A stretch of 64,000 nt of DNA from Oligoflexia bacterium (GCA_903867855.1 CAIPTA010000179.1:3108-67107); one strand, 5' to 3'. Positions 42,022 through 52,530 are shown, numbered from the stretch's first letter. A program made the numbers and translations. The notes: generated from the letters alone by a model not told the origin.

Positions 42022-45000
42022 TTACGCTTTCTCGGTTTTTTCTGGCGCACGATTACGAACCTTCGTGAGGTAGGTAACGGCTGGGCGTGCATTCACTTCA
42101 TTGAGAGACAAGAAGCCACGTGGTGAATTTTTGAGTTTCGACACTTTGCTCTCAGGATTATTCACATCACCGAAAACAATCGCATCGGCCGCACAAGCCT
42201 CTTGGCAGGCAGTTTTAACGTCTTCATCGTTCGCACGACGACCCGCTGTTTTCGCTTCGCTCTTACCGTATTCAATACGTTGTACGCAGAAAGTACATTT
42301 CTCCATCACACCACGGCTTCGGAGCGTAACTTCTGGGTTTTTCGAAAGAGCGAGCGGATGTTCCATCAAGGAATTCATATCGCCGTTATTGTTGTACCAG
42401 TTAAAGCGTCGCACTTTATATGGACAGTTGTTCGAGCAGTACTTCGTGCCCACACAACGGTTATAGATCATTTGGTTCAAGCCTTCGGAGCTGTGAACCG
42501 TAGCAAGCACTGGGCATACTGTTTCGCAGGGAGCGTTATCACAATGCTGGCAGAGCATGGCTTGAGAGGTGGTTTCTGGATTTTCTGCTTCGCCAGAATA
42601 ATAACGATCGAGGCGGAGCCAATGCATCTCGCGACCCTTGAGCACCTGATCTTTACCTACTGCAGGAACGTTATTTTCTACGGAACAGGCGATCACGCAA
42701 GCACTGCAACCAGTGCAAGCATTGAGATCGATCACCATACCCCATTTATAGCCAAGGTATTCATGCTCCGACCAAATGGTGGGAGGCACTTCATTATCGG
42801 AGTGCTCCACACCTGCGCTTGGATTCTTTTTGTATTCTTCCAAGGTGGTGTCGAAAATAATATCGCGGCCCTCTAACGAATGGTGGCGCTGGGTGCAAGC
42901 CACGGGGCTTTTCGCGCCAGTTTTCGTGATCTTCACATCACTCACTAGGGTTTGATCGCCAGCCAAGAAATTAGCTAAGCGAACGCCGACGCCGTTTCCA
43001 TTGCGACCGTTAAATACGCGGCCATAGCCAAGGTGAGCGGCTACTACGCCAGCCTTCATTCCCGGCTGAATATAGAGAGGAAGCTCAAAACGATTGCCAT
43101 CGGCCTCAACCGCAAGCACATCGCCCTCTTCCCATCCTTTAGCTTTCGCATCTATAGAGGAAACAGCGAGGTAGTTACCCCACACATTTTTGGAAACTGG
43201 ATCTGGCAATTCTTGCAAGAGAGCATTGTTCGCTTGCGAACCATCTGCCATCGCGATGGAGCTGGTGAGTAGAAGAGAGAATGGTGCTTTTGCAGGAAGA
43301 GTTTTTGCCACTGCCACTGCAGCCTTCAACGCCTCTCCTTTAAAGGAACGTGCGCTCGCTTTATTATCGCGAGCCTTTGCTCCTGGAGCGAATACACCGC
43401 TCATCAAGAGATCATCCCAGAAATCCTGGAACTTTTGGCTCACGCCATGTTTCTTGGTGAGCTCTTGGAAGGTAGCTTTCACTGCATCATTGGTATTCGC
43501 AGGTGCCTTCACGCCAACAGCGGGTGCCCAATCAAGCAAGGCACCGAGTAAGCTTTTTGTTTTCCAAAGCGGTTGAATAGTTGGCTGCACCACAGAGTAG
43601 AGATCTTTCTGTGGGTTCACATCAGACCAATCTTCGAAGCTATGGCTTTCTGCTGCTACAAATTTTGCCACAGCAGAGGTTTCGTTCGCATGGGAAGCGA
43701 AGTAAACCACATTGGCCACTTTAGCGAGCGCCGCCTTGAAGCCCATCTTCTCAGGAAGCACATATACTGGGTTGAAGCCTTGAATGATGAGGGTCTTCAC
43801 GGTGCCAGCGTTCATCGCCGCAATCAACTTTACTAACTCGGCATTGGAGCCACGGAACTGATTGGAAGGAGCGATCGAAGCATCCACGGTTTCGCCTTCG
43901 TTGCCGAGCGACGAGTTCATAAAGTTAGCGAGCACTTGAAGGGCCACGCCATCTTTGCCCTTGCCATCAGCAAGCACAAGACTGCGACCCTTCGCCTTCG
44001 CGAGCGCCTCAGCAGCAGCATGAATTTTCTCTGCCGGCACGCCAGTTTTCTCGGCAGCCATCGCTGCTGAGAAACCACTAAGCTCTGCAGAGGAGTGACC
44101 AGTTAAACGAGCCACTTCCGCAGCCAAACCTAGGCCCAAGATCATTTGATCGGCAGGGTGAACAGCTGTGCGCTCATCGGCATTTTGACCCGTAAGCGAC
44201 ATTTCGCCTTCAAATACAAATAGTTTATTGAGAGTATTTTTCTTCTCGTTGAGCTTGCGAGCCGCACTGAATTGGCCCTCATACTCCACAACAGAGCCCC
44301 AGGTGCCAAGGAAATCAGCCCCGATGCTCACGATCACATCCGCGCGATCCAAACGGAAGCGAGGGAATACACGGGAGCCATAGCTCTGCGCTTGGCCATC
44401 GAGCACATTATTCATGGCGATGGAATCTACCATCACATGCTTCACATTATATTTATTGATGAGCGCCAAAGTGGTTGGGCTCAAAATGGAAGAGGTCAAA
44501 AGATAAGTAGAGCCTTTGGAGCTAGCGAGGGCTTGGCCAACCGCTGCATCGAAAGTTTTCCAGTCGCTATCCACGCCGCCGATTTTAGGAGCGCGCAAAC
44601 GATCGGGATCATAGAGATCATGCACCGCTGCTTGGCCGCGAGCACCAAGACCACCGCGGTTCATAGGGTGATCGCTATTTCCATCCACTTTAATCGGACG
44701 GCCTTCGCGAGTGCGAAGCACCAAGCCATACCCAGTTTGTGGGCAGGCAGAGGCGTAGAAATTTGGCACGCCAGGAATAATTTCTTCAGGGTTCGTTACA
44801 TAAGGAACGATCTTGTGCACAGGACGGCGAGTACAGCCAGCCAAGCTCGCCATCATCGCACTCGCGCCCATCACTTTGAGGAAATCACGACGATCCAAAC
44901 CATCCTTTTCCAATCCTTCGCGGATCGGAGAAGAGGTGAATTCACCGGGAATAGTTTTCGCAAATGCTTCAGGAGCCTCTTTTTGATCGAGGGTCATCCA

Positions 45001-45048
45001 GAAGCGTTGATTCGTCACAGGCTTATTTTCGTTATGTTCGTGGCTCAT
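42022..45048 (-). CDS. actB: Alternative complex III subunit ActB (molybdopterin-oxidoreductase-like plus 4Fe-4S ferredoxin-like domains)
   Basis: Tat signal RRDFLKVMGASAMMASLAGC. Cys clusters CTGCSACVIAC, CQHCDNAPCETVCP and CVGTKYCSNNCPYKVRRF. The start was set at ATG 45048, with GAGGA upstream, after the actA stop. Confidence 0.9.
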   Translation of the reverse strand: MSHEHNENKPVTNQRFWMTLDQKEAPEAFAKTIPGEFTSSPIREGLEKDGLDRRDFLKVMGASAMMASLAGCTRRPVHKIVPYVTNPEEIIPGVPNFYASACPQTGYGLVLRTREGRPIKVDGNSDHPMNRGGLGARGQAAVHDLYDPDRLRAPKIGGVDSDWKTFDAAVGQALASSKGSTYLLTSSILSPTTLALINKYNVKHVMVDSIAMNNVLDGQAQSYGSRVFPRFRLDRADVIVSIGADFLGTWGSVVEYEGQFSAARKLNEKKNTLNKLFVFEGEMSLTGQNADERTAVHPADQMILGLGLAAEVARLTGHSSAELSGFSAAMAAEKTGVPAEKIHAAAEALAKAKGRSLVLADGKGKDGVALQVLANFMNSSLGNEGETVDASIAPSNQFRGSNAELVKLIAAMNAGTVKTLIIQGFNPVYVLPEKMGFKAALAKVANVVYFASHANETSAVAKFVAAESHSFEDWSDVNPQKDLYSVVQPTIQPLWKTKSLLGALLDWAPAVGVKAPANTNDAVKATFQELTKKHGVSQKFQDFWDDLLMSGVFAPGAKARDNKASARSFKGEALKAAVAVAKTLPAKAPFSLLLTSSIAMADGSQANNALLQELPDPVSKNVWGNYLAVSSIDAKAKGWEEGDVLAVEADGNRFELPLYIQPGMKAGVVAAHLGYGRVFNGRNGNGVGVRLANFLAGDQTLVSDVKITKTGAKSPVACTQRHHSLEGRDIIFDTTLEEYKKNPSAGVEHSDNEVPPTIWSEHEYLGYKWGMVIDLNACTGCSACVIACSVENNVPAVGKDQVLKGREMHWLRLDRYYSGEAENPETTSQAMLCQHCDNAPCETVCPVLATVHSSEGLNQMIYNRCVGTKYCSNNCPYKVRRFNWYNNNGDMNSLMEHPLALSKNPEVTLRSRGVMEKCTFCVQRIEYGKSEAKTAGRRANDEDVKTACQEACAADAIVFGDVNNPESKVSKLKNSPRGFLSLNEVNARPAVTYLTKVRNRAPEKTEKA

Positions 45049-45059
45049 GAAAAAATCCT

Positions 45060-45608
45060 CTAGCGGTGACAAGTATTACAGTTCAGCGGTGCTTGGTATT
45101 GCGGCTGACGGTGACAATTTACACACCAACCCATCGACAAGGAAGACACTTGCTCCACTTGCGCCATATTCGCCACGTTGCCGTGACAAGTATCACAGGA
45201 AACGCCTTTTTGAATGTGTCGTTGGTGATTGAAATAAACGAAATCAGGCAGCACATGCACTTGTACCCACTGAATCGGGGTATTGGTTTCATAGGATTTC
45301 GCCACTTGCTGAATGAGTGGAGAATCTGTTTTCACCACGCGGTGACAGTTCATACAAACAGCCGTGCTAGGAATATTCGAGAAGGAAGATTTGTCTACAT
45401 TCGAGTGGCAATAGAGACACTGAATCTTGCGCTTCCCTGCATGGAGATCATGGGGAAATGGAATCGGTTGTTTTGGAGAATATCCAATACCTCTTCCCGG
45501 CATTAGGAAAATTCCAAATGCAACGATGGTAAGCACCGTAAGTACGAAGCTCGCCACAATAATTTTTTTCTCTTTTTTCTGTTCCTGGGAATTTCGATGC
45601 TCAGCCAT
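45060..45608 (-). CDS. actA: Alternative complex III subunit ActA (pentaheme cytochrome c)
   Basis: Five CxxCH motifs (CLYCH, CMNCH, CDTCH, CVNCH, CNTCH) after one TM anchor. I prefer ATG 45608 (MAEHRNSQ...) over the longer track ORF. Confidence 0.85.
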   Translation of the reverse strand: MAEHRNSQEQKKEKKIIVASFVLTVLTIVAFGIFLMPGRGIGYSPKQPIPFPHDLHAGKRKIQCLYCHSNVDKSSFSNIPSTAVCMNCHRVVKTDSPLIQQVAKSYETNTPIQWVQVHVLPDFVYFNHQRHIQKGVSCDTCHGNVANMAQVEQVSSLSMGWCVNCHRQPQYQAPLNCNTCHR

Positions 45609-46002
45609 TCGCGAAATGTCCTTACCTATTTTGGGTGATGTGCCCGGATAATATAACCAGAGAATAAAAAATTTCCTATCGGTTTCATCGAATAATTGCA
45701 ACTACCTAGATCAGAAAATTTTTGCTATACAATAAAATATGATTCCGGGAACGCGTGCGCGTACTGCAAAAACAAATTCGCCTAGCAGCGCTGAGACAAT
45801 TCAGCCCGAGCCATCGCGAGTGAAAACGATAGATCGAAGAGAGCTTTTTCAAAGCCTAATTCCGGCACTCGGATTGGGTGTGGCGAAAATAGTACGAAGT
45901 AGTAATAATCTTCGCCGCGATCTCGTGGAAGAAATTGAGGAACGCTCAAGACTCAAGCAGGGCAAGGCTGAAGAGCAAAATTAATTTCCGTCTCGCGCCG
46001 CG

Positions 46003-47667
46003 CTAAGCTACTTTTTTCTGCTGGCGATTGCGCTTCCATAGCCAAGCGGCATAGAGCACAAATAGAAATTGAATGCTGGTATAGGTGGCCACTACGCCCA
46101 CTCCACCGCTCGAAAATCCGTAGCTATGGAGTCCAACGCCGAGCACAAAATTCACCCCGTACCAGGCCATGAGCACGCCGAGAAATGCCGTCACGCAGCC
46201 CGCCAAGAATCCAAAGTGCGACACCATGCCCCGAAATCTTGCATGAACCAAGGCTAGGTATCCGAGCAAGGCAATGAGGGCCCAAGTTTCTTTTGGGTCC
46301 CAGCCCCAGAAACGTCCCCAAGAATAATCTGCCCACACGCCACCGAGAATTGTTCCCGCAGCGAGTAGCACCACGCCCACTTGCACGGCACGGTAAGCAA
46401 AGAAGGCCAAATTACTCATGCGCAACTTTTCTGATTCTCTTCCAAGTACCACGATTTGGCCGAGCCCAATATTGCCGATGATCATGGAGAGGGAAAAAGC
46501 CGCATAGCCCAGCGTGATCGTGAGCACATGAATCGTGAGCCAAAGATTACTACGAAGCACTGGCTCCAAAGGATGAATGCCCGCATCGAGAATCCCAGAA
46601 ATATTATCGGCGATCACGAGGGTGAGCACACAAAAAACCAAAGCACCAATCGCGATGATTCGCTTACGATAGATGAGTTCCAGCACGAGCCCAAAGAGCA
46701 TGGCTCCAAAGCCCACCCACAAAATGGATTCATACATATTGGAAACCGGAGGACGGCCCGCAATTAAGCAGCGAATCACAAATCCCACGATCTGCAGCGT
46801 GAAGCTCACCGCATAGAGACCCATCCCACTCCAATATATTTTTTTATCTTCCGACCATATCGCTGCCGAAAGCACAAAAATTCCCAGCAGAGCCACGATC
46901 CAGGCCCAGCGAAAGAGATGCGCTTTCGAAAAGAAAAACTCTAACTCCAAATCGGAACGATTCGGATAGAGCGAAGGATTTACGGCAACAGCAAGATCAT
47001 GGAATTTCTTTACATGCTCATCCATGTGACTACGAATCAAGGGATTCTCATTGGAGAAGGTGGCAGCCACGAGCATGAAGCGTAACTTCATGTCTTCATT
47101 GAGCTGATCGAGACCCATCCACGCATCGCTCTTATTATATTGCTCTTGCGTAGGTGGCACGAGTCGCACTGCACGTCCGCTCACGAGATCCTGCAAGAAA
47201 GTGAGCTGATTGCCCAGGCGCTGGAGAGCCTGAAAATAGGGATTCAATTTTTCTTGGTTTCGTTGTTTCGCGTCTAACTCTCCAAAAAGAGGCATGAGAC
47301 GCACGCTATGCTCCACTTCATCTGGAGTGAAAAATAACTTCTTCTCGTCTAGGCCTAAATCTTTTTTAAGGGGAATATGGGAGATCTGAATAAATTCTAC
47401 TTTTTGCCAAACCTGCGCTTCGAACAAAATCGAGAGCACGAGCTCCACAGGATTTTTGCCCTGAAAATATTCTTTGCCCGTGAGCAGACTCATGCCTTCT
47501 CTGGCGAAGGTATCGAAAGGCTTTACTCGTCCGCCGGATTGAATCGCATAGAGAGAAACTTCTTTTAGCTCTGCTGGCTTAAACCAATCGCGCTTCAGGG
47601 GATCGGATGGAGCGGCTTCGGAGACTACAGAAAATAAGCAAAGGGCCAAGAGCAGAATTTTTCTCAT
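46003..47667 (-). CDS. ccsA: Cytochrome c biogenesis protein CcsA/ResC (system II) with N-terminal periplasmic extension
   Basis: WGRFWGWDPKETWAL (WWD domain) and conserved His residues. Confidence 0.85.
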   Translation of the reverse strand: MRKILLLALCLFSVVSEAAPSDPLKRDWFKPAELKEVSLYAIQSGGRVKPFDTFAREGMSLLTGKEYFQGKNPVELVLSILFEAQVWQKVEFIQISHIPLKKDLGLDEKKLFFTPDEVEHSVRLMPLFGELDAKQRNQEKLNPYFQALQRLGNQLTFLQDLVSGRAVRLVPPTQEQYNKSDAWMGLDQLNEDMKLRFMLVAATFSNENPLIRSHMDEHVKKFHDLAVAVNPSLYPNRSDLELEFFFSKAHLFRWAWIVALLGIFVLSAAIWSEDKKIYWSGMGLYAVSFTLQIVGFVIRCLIAGRPPVSNMYESILWVGFGAMLFGLVLELIYRKRIIAIGALVFCVLTLVIADNISGILDAGIHPLEPVLRSNLWLTIHVLTITLGYAAFSLSMIIGNIGLGQIVVLGRESEKLRMSNLAFFAYRAVQVGVVLLAAGTILGGVWADYSWGRFWGWDPKETWALIALLGYLALVHARFRGMVSHFGFLAGCVTAFLGVLMAWYGVNFVLGVGLHSYGFSSGGVGVVATYTSIQFLFVLYAAWLWKRNRQQKKVA

Positions 47668-49088
47668 ACACGAGCTTCTTTCTTCAACATCTTATGGTCA
47701 CCGCTATACTTCGGCTTGAAATAAAACATGGATATGATTCCAAGCACAATCATAAGCGCTCCGCTGTATTTAATCCATCGTCCAGGGTCTTGGTTTACGG
47801 AAAGCACGGAGTAGCGCGGGTTACCCGACTCATCCGTTTCATAGCTAGACTGATAGATCGTAAAATCATTTTGCTTTAGCGGATGATTCATACTTATTTC
47901 CGTGTCTACCCCGCCGCCAGCCTGTACTAAGCTAGAATAGGACTGCGGACGCGTTGTGCCCTGGTAATAGCCAATCACAAATTTCTTGAGCAGGAGCTCA
48001 AAGCCGATATCGATTTCTTTTTTCGTATACTGCAAATAATAAAGGGAATCGCCGCGAGCAATTTGTCCGGAAGCACCTAGCTCTAGCCACAGCTTTTCGC
48101 CATCCAATTGCGCGAGAATCACTTCATAGCTCTCGGGAGCGCTATGATCGAGGGGACTATAGCTAACCTGAGGATTTGCACTCGGCTTATATTCATCCAC
48201 GAAAAATTCGAAATCCATCCAGCCCAAAGGAATTGCTTTGCCTAAAGTTAACTGGCCCAAATAGCGAATCTCTTTCGCCCCCCGCCCCACCACGGCCAGG
48301 CTCGGCATCGCCGATTTATCTGCCCCTGTATAAACAAAAAGTGTGGGGCGATCAGGCACCATCTTTGGATCTGGCTTGGCTTTTAGGAAGCGAAATTCAG
48401 CCGGGCCATACTGCCGCGTATTGCCTAAATCCGATTGAAAAAACCAATCCGAAATCGTGGCCCGCGAACCACGGAGAGTAAAATGCAAGGCAGGCACCCC
48501 TTTTCCCGAAGCATCTGCGGTAGCGAGCACGGTGCGCGAAGCCTTAGGGTAATAGCTAAGCACATCGAGGCCAATTTTTTCGCCGTCTTTTCCAATCGTA
48601 AAATGAACAGGATCTTTCAGCTGCTCCATCGGATTAAAATCTAAGCGCTCGCTGAATAGCAGATCGTAACTTTTCCCCTTCACCGCACGGAAAACATTAA
48701 GCATATTTTCGTTGATGCGAACAAATCGAGAGCTAGATCCGGGCGCAATCATCATCGAGCCATCAATGCCCTTGCGCTGAGTGATGAAAGATCCAAGCAA
48801 TAGAATAATAATGCCGAGGTGAGTGATCAAAAAGCCCACATGGTGCTTACGCCAAGGCAAGCGGCTAAACGCAGCTGCGGTGAGATTCACGATAAAGATC
48901 CAAAGCAGCATCTGCATCCAGATGCTGCGATACACTAATTTAGACGCGATTTCTGCACTATACTTGGATTCGTAGATAGTGCCCGTGGCAAGAATTACCG
49001 CGAGCGACAAGATAATAAAAACCGCTACTTCAAGCGAGGCAAGGAAGCGAAAAACACGATAGAGAAAATTCCAAAACAAGCGTGGCAC
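47664..49088 (-). CDS. ccsB: Cytochrome c biogenesis protein ResB/CcsB (system II)
   Basis: N-terminal TM helices, a large periplasmic domain and a C-terminal TM helix. 4-nt overlap with ccsA. Confidence 0.8.
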   Translation of the reverse strand: MPRLFWNFLYRVFRFLASLEVAVFIILSLAVILATGTIYESKYSAEIASKLVYRSIWMQMLLWIFIVNLTAAAFSRLPWRKHHVGFLITHLGIIILLLGSFITQRKGIDGSMMIAPGSSSRFVRINENMLNVFRAVKGKSYDLLFSERLDFNPMEQLKDPVHFTIGKDGEKIGLDVLSYYPKASRTVLATADASGKGVPALHFTLRGSRATISDWFFQSDLGNTRQYGPAEFRFLKAKPDPKMVPDRPTLFVYTGADKSAMPSLAVVGRGAKEIRYLGQLTLGKAIPLGWMDFEFFVDEYKPSANPQVSYSPLDHSAPESYEVILAQLDGEKLWLELGASGQIARGDSLYYLQYTKKEIDIGFELLLKKFVIGYYQGTTRPQSYSSLVQAGGGVDTEISMNHPLKQNDFTIYQSSYETDESGNPRYSVLSVNQDPGRWIKYSGALMIVLGIISMFYFKPKYSGDHKMLKKEARV

Positions 49089-49122
49089 TCTCTTTCGAAA
49101 AGCGCGGTAAACAAAAAAGGGC

Positions 49123-49521
49123 TTACTGGGCTTTTACTGGTTCCGCTGGAGCAGGATTTGCTGCCGTTGGTGCTGCAGCTGCTGGCGCTGTTGTAGCGGC
49201 GGCGGCGGCTGGAGCTGTTACTGGAGCCGCTGGCGCAGCAGGAGCCTGCGTGGTAGCTGCTTTCGTAGAATCAAAGATCGAGCTCTTCAAGGATTTGTTT
49301 TTGATAGAGGTTAGGCTGATCGACGTTACAGCGAAAATCGCAGCAAGTGCCATGGTGAATTTCGTGAAGAAATTGCTGCCTCCGGAACTACCAAACAAGG
49401 TGTTCGAGCTACCGCCACCAAATCCTGTGCCGAGACCGCCGCCTTTGCCAGACTGCAAGAGCACCACGATCACCATCAAGATACAAACCACGAAATGCAA
49501 TGTTAGTAACGCTGTATACAT
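49123..49521 (-). CDS. secG: Preprotein translocase subunit SecG with Ala/Pro/Thr-rich C-terminal tail
   Basis: MYTALLTLHFVVCILMVIVVLLQSGKGGGLG is the typical SecG N-terminus. It carries a ~55-aa low-complexity tail. Confidence 0.75.
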   Translation of the reverse strand: MYTALLTLHFVVCILMVIVVLLQSGKGGGLGTGFGGGSSNTLFGSSGGSNFFTKFTMALAAIFAVTSISLTSIKNKSLKSSIFDSTKAATTQAPAAPAAPVTAPAAAAATTAPAAAAPTAANPAPAEPVKAQ

Positions 49522-49552
49522 AAAACTCTCCTAAAGGAAGGTGCTGAAACTA

Positions 49553-50287
49553 TCACCCTTTGGCGGCTCGGGCAATCGCCAAAAAGGATTCTGCTTCCAA
49601 GCTCGCTCCGCCCACCAAAACTCCATCTACGTTCGGACAACTCATCAATTCTTTCGCATTATCCGGCTTTACGCTGCCGCCGTAAAGAATACGGGTGTTT
49701 TGCGCCGCCGTCTCGCCCCAATGCTTCGCAATTTCAGCGCGAAGAGCCACTTGCACTTCTTCTGCTTGCGCGGATGTTGCGGTGCGTCCAGTGCCAATGG
49801 CCCAAACTGGCTCGTAGGCAAAACAAAATCCCGCTGGTGCCTGTGGGCTCATTTCAAAAAGTGGCGCGCACTGAGCGCGGATCACATTCATGGTTTGCCC
49901 GGCATCGCGCTCTTCTAGGCGTTCGCCCACGCAAAAAACGGCCGTCATCCCAAAGGCATGGGCCGCGAGAGCTCGCTTCGCTGCCGAGTGATGGGTTTCC
50001 CCAAAAAACTGACGACGCTCCGAGTGCCCTGCCAAGGCATAGCTAGCTCCAAGCTCTTTCGCGAGCTTTGGAGAAAGCTCGCCGGTGAAGGCACCTTTTT
50101 CTTCCCAATAAATATTTTGCGGACCAAAGGCCAGTTTCGAATTCGCGAACAGGGAGAGCAAAGCGCTTTGAGCAAACAGCAAAAGTTCAGCGCCTTGAAA
50201 GCCTTCTACTTTCGCAAGAAAGTCAGCGGTTTCCGCCACATTCTTATACATCTTCCAATTGCCCGCGATCAGCTTTGGTCGGCTCAC
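49553..50287 (-). CDS. tpiA: Triosephosphate isomerase
   Basis: AYEPVWAIGTG and GGASL motifs. Confidence 0.9.
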   Translation of the reverse strand: MSRPKLIAGNWKMYKNVAETADFLAKVEGFQGAELLLFAQSALLSLFANSKLAFGPQNIYWEEKGAFTGELSPKLAKELGASYALAGHSERRQFFGETHHSAAKRALAAHAFGMTAVFCVGERLEERDAGQTMNVIRAQCAPLFEMSPQAPAGFCFAYEPVWAIGTGRTATSAQAEEVQVALRAEIAKHWGETAAQNTRILYGGSVKPDNAKELMSCPNVDGVLVGGASLEAESFLAIARAAKG

Positions 50288-51528
50288 GAAAAATCACCTT
50301 CGATATTGTACATGGTTTTCACTGGCGCGCCTTTGCCCTTCAGCACTTCGATGCCGGGGAGTCCGCGACCTTCCAAGAATTTCAAGCTCGCCCCACCACC
50401 GGTGGAGAGGAGATTGAATCCTGCTTCCTCGCCGCAAACAGCGATCGCGCTCAAGGTATCGCCGCCACCAGCCACTTTGATGCCATCATTTTTGGCAATC
50501 GCATGCGCAATGGCTTTGGTGCCTGCCAAGAATTGTTCTTTTTCGAAAAAGCCCATCGGGCCATTCCAGAAAATTGTGCGCGCAGAACCAATCGCATCCG
50601 AGAATTTCTTGATCGTGCGATCACCGATATCGAGAGCCATCGCGCCAGCCGGAATATCATCAATGCGGCTAGGACTAGTAAAGTTTGCATCTTTTTCTGG
50701 GAACACAATCTGGTGATCTACGGGCAGCAAGATTTCCACTTTGCGAGATTTTGCTTTCGCCAAGATTTGCGCTGCAGCCGCCACGCCTTCTTTTTCACAT
50801 TTCGAGACGCCGATATTTTTTCCTTCGGCGGCTAGAAAAGCGTAGGCCATAGCTCCGCCCACTACGATTTTATCCACGAAGTTGAGTAGGTTATCGATGG
50901 CTTTTAATTTGTCTGTCACCTTGGAGCCGCCCGTTACGAGCACGAAGGGATGAGGTGGGTTTTCGATGAGACGAGAAAGATAATCCAATTCCTTCTTGAT
51001 CAAAAAGCCTGCGCCAGCTTCCGACATAATGGAAGGCACGCCATAGGTGGAGGCATGCTTGCGATGAGCAGTGCCGAAGGCATCCGTAATATAGAGATCG
51101 GCGAGACGAGCGAGTTCTCTAGAAAATTCCGGATCATTCGCTTCTTCTTCCGGATAGAAACGAAGATTTTCCAAGAGAATCACGCGCTCTTTCGAGTGGT
51201 GAATAATTTGGTGCACGCCATCGCCCACGCAGTCGTCGGAGAGGAGCACTTCGGTATCGAGTGCTGCAGCCAAGTGTTTCGCCACTGGCTCCAACGAAAA
51301 CTCAGGGTTCCGTTTTCCATCAGGGCGACCAAGATGAGAGCAAAGAATGAGCTTTGCTCCTTTCTCGAGACAATATTTAATCGTCGGCAACGCTTCGCGG
51401 ATACGCGTATCATCGTCGATCTTGCGATTCTCTCCCTTGCCAGAGATCGGCACATTGAGGTCGAGTCGGAGCAATACCTTACGACCCTTGAGAGGATAAG
51501 TGTCAACAGAGTGAATCGCAGAATCCAT
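50284..51528 (-). CDS. pgk: Phosphoglycerate kinase
   Basis: 414 aa with RLDLNVP and FWNGPMGFFE motifs. Confidence 0.95.
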   Translation of the reverse strand: MDSAIHSVDTYPLKGRKVLLRLDLNVPISGKGENRKIDDDTRIREALPTIKYCLEKGAKLILCSHLGRPDGKRNPEFSLEPVAKHLAAALDTEVLLSDDCVGDGVHQIIHHSKERVILLENLRFYPEEEANDPEFSRELARLADLYITDAFGTAHRKHASTYGVPSIMSEAGAGFLIKKELDYLSRLIENPPHPFVLVTGGSKVTDKLKAIDNLLNFVDKIVVGGAMAYAFLAAEGKNIGVSKCEKEGVAAAAQILAKAKSRKVEILLPVDHQIVFPEKDANFTSPSRIDDIPAGAMALDIGDRTIKKFSDAIGSARTIFWNGPMGFFEKEQFLAGTKAIAHAIAKNDGIKVAGGGDTLSAIAVCGEEAGFNLLSTGGGASLKFLEGRGLPGIEVLKGKGAPVKTMYNIEGDFS

Positions 51529-51531
51529 AGA

Positions 51532-52530
51532 TTACCTTTTTGCTACTACAAGAGCAGCGAGATCGAGCATGCGAGCCGAGTAGCCGCTTTCGTTATCATA
51601 CCAAGAGAGCACTTTTACAGAATTTCCCTGCACCACCATGGTGCAATCCGAATCAAAGATGGAGCTATGAGTATCGCCGTTGAAATCCGTGGAAACGAGC
51701 AACTCAGAAACATAGCGAAGAATGCCTTTGAGTGGGCCATTCGCTGCTGCCAGCATGGCAGCATTGATTTCTGCTTTCGTGGTGGCTTTTGCAAGCTCCA
51801 CAGAAAGATCTACGAGAGAAACGTTTGGCGTAGGCACGCGCACGGCAAGACCATCCAATTTTCCTTTTAAACTTGGGATCACGAGACCAATGGCTTTTGC
51901 GGCACCCGTAGATGTTGGGATCATGTTGATCGCCGCAGCGCGAGCGCGACGCAAATCTTTGTGCGGAAGATCTAATACTTTTTGGTCGTTAGTATAGGAG
52001 TGAATGGTGGTCATCACGCCTTTTACGATGCCGTAGTTGTCTTCGAGTACTTTTGCAATCGGAGCGAGCGCATTGGTGGTGCAGCTAGCATTGGAAATCA
52101 CATGGTGCTTCGATGGGTCGTAAGTCTTATCGTTGATGCCCATACAAATGGTGGCATCCGCATCTTTGGAGGGAGCGGAGATGATCACTTTGCGTGCGCC
52201 GGCGGTGAGGTGGGCCGCGGCATGTTCTCGGTCGGTGAACGCACCAGTGCACTCGAGCACAACGTCCACGCCCAATTCTTTCCAGCGTAGTTTTGTAGGA
52301 TCTTTTTCTTCGCTGATCGCAACGCGCTTGCCGCCCACAATCATGGCACCATCTTTGGCTTCCACGGAAACATTCCAAGGGCCATGCACAGAATCATACT
52401 TAAGGAGGTGCACATCTGATTCCAAGGCGGAAAGGCTATTGATAGCAACAATTTCCAAATCCTTGCGCTCTGCAGCGAGACGCATAACTTTTCTACCGAT
52501 TCGTCCAAATCCGTTGATTGCAATTTTCAT
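51532..52530 (-). CDS. gap: Type I glyceraldehyde-3-phosphate dehydrogenase
   Basis: INGFGRIGR and SNASCTTN motifs. Confidence 0.95.
   Translation of the reverse strand: MKIAINGFGRIGRKVMRLAAERKDLEIVAINSLSALESDVHLLKYDSVHGPWNVSVEAKDGAMIVGGKRVAISEEKDPTKLRWKELGVDVVLECTGAFTDREHAAAHLTAGARKVIISAPSKDADATICMGINDKTYDPSKHHVISNASCTTNALAPIAKVLEDNYGIVKGVMTTIHSYTNDQKVLDLPHKDLRRARAAAINMIPTSTGAAKAIGLVIPSLKGKLDGLAVRVPTPNVSLVDLSVELAKATTKAEINAAMLAAANGPLKGILRYVSELLVSTDFNGDTHSSIFDSDCTMVVQGNSVKVLSWYDNESGYSARMLDLAALVVAKR

Noticed and set aside
42202-45063. Plus-strand ORFs of 224, 128, 87 and 263 aa opposite actB
   Set aside because: They are antisense to a 1000-aa gene with unambiguous Tat-signal and Fe-S motifs. 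Their sequences are His/Arg/Ile-rich nonsense typical of shadow frames.
45739-45984. 81-aa plus-strand ORF between actA and ccsA, with an RRELFQSL Tat-like stretch
   Set aside because: It has no ribosome-binding site and no recognisable family, and it sits in a promoter/terminator gap. It could be real, but I cannot support it.
49084-49100. TGGCAC-N5-TTCGA, a sigma-54 promoter-like match (considered because an NtrC-type activator is encoded in the window)
   Set aside because: The -12 element is imperfect, it overlaps the ccsB start on the wrong strand, and there is no downstream plus-strand gene.
49082-49534. 150-aa Ala/Gly/Val-rich plus-strand ORF
   Set aside because: It is the mirror image of secG and its Ala/Pro-rich tail. 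The SecG N-terminal motif on the minus strand is diagnostic.
49958-51870. Plus-strand ORFs of 252, 186 and 306 aa opposite tpiA, pgk and gap
   Set aside because: They are antisense to three textbook glycolytic genes.
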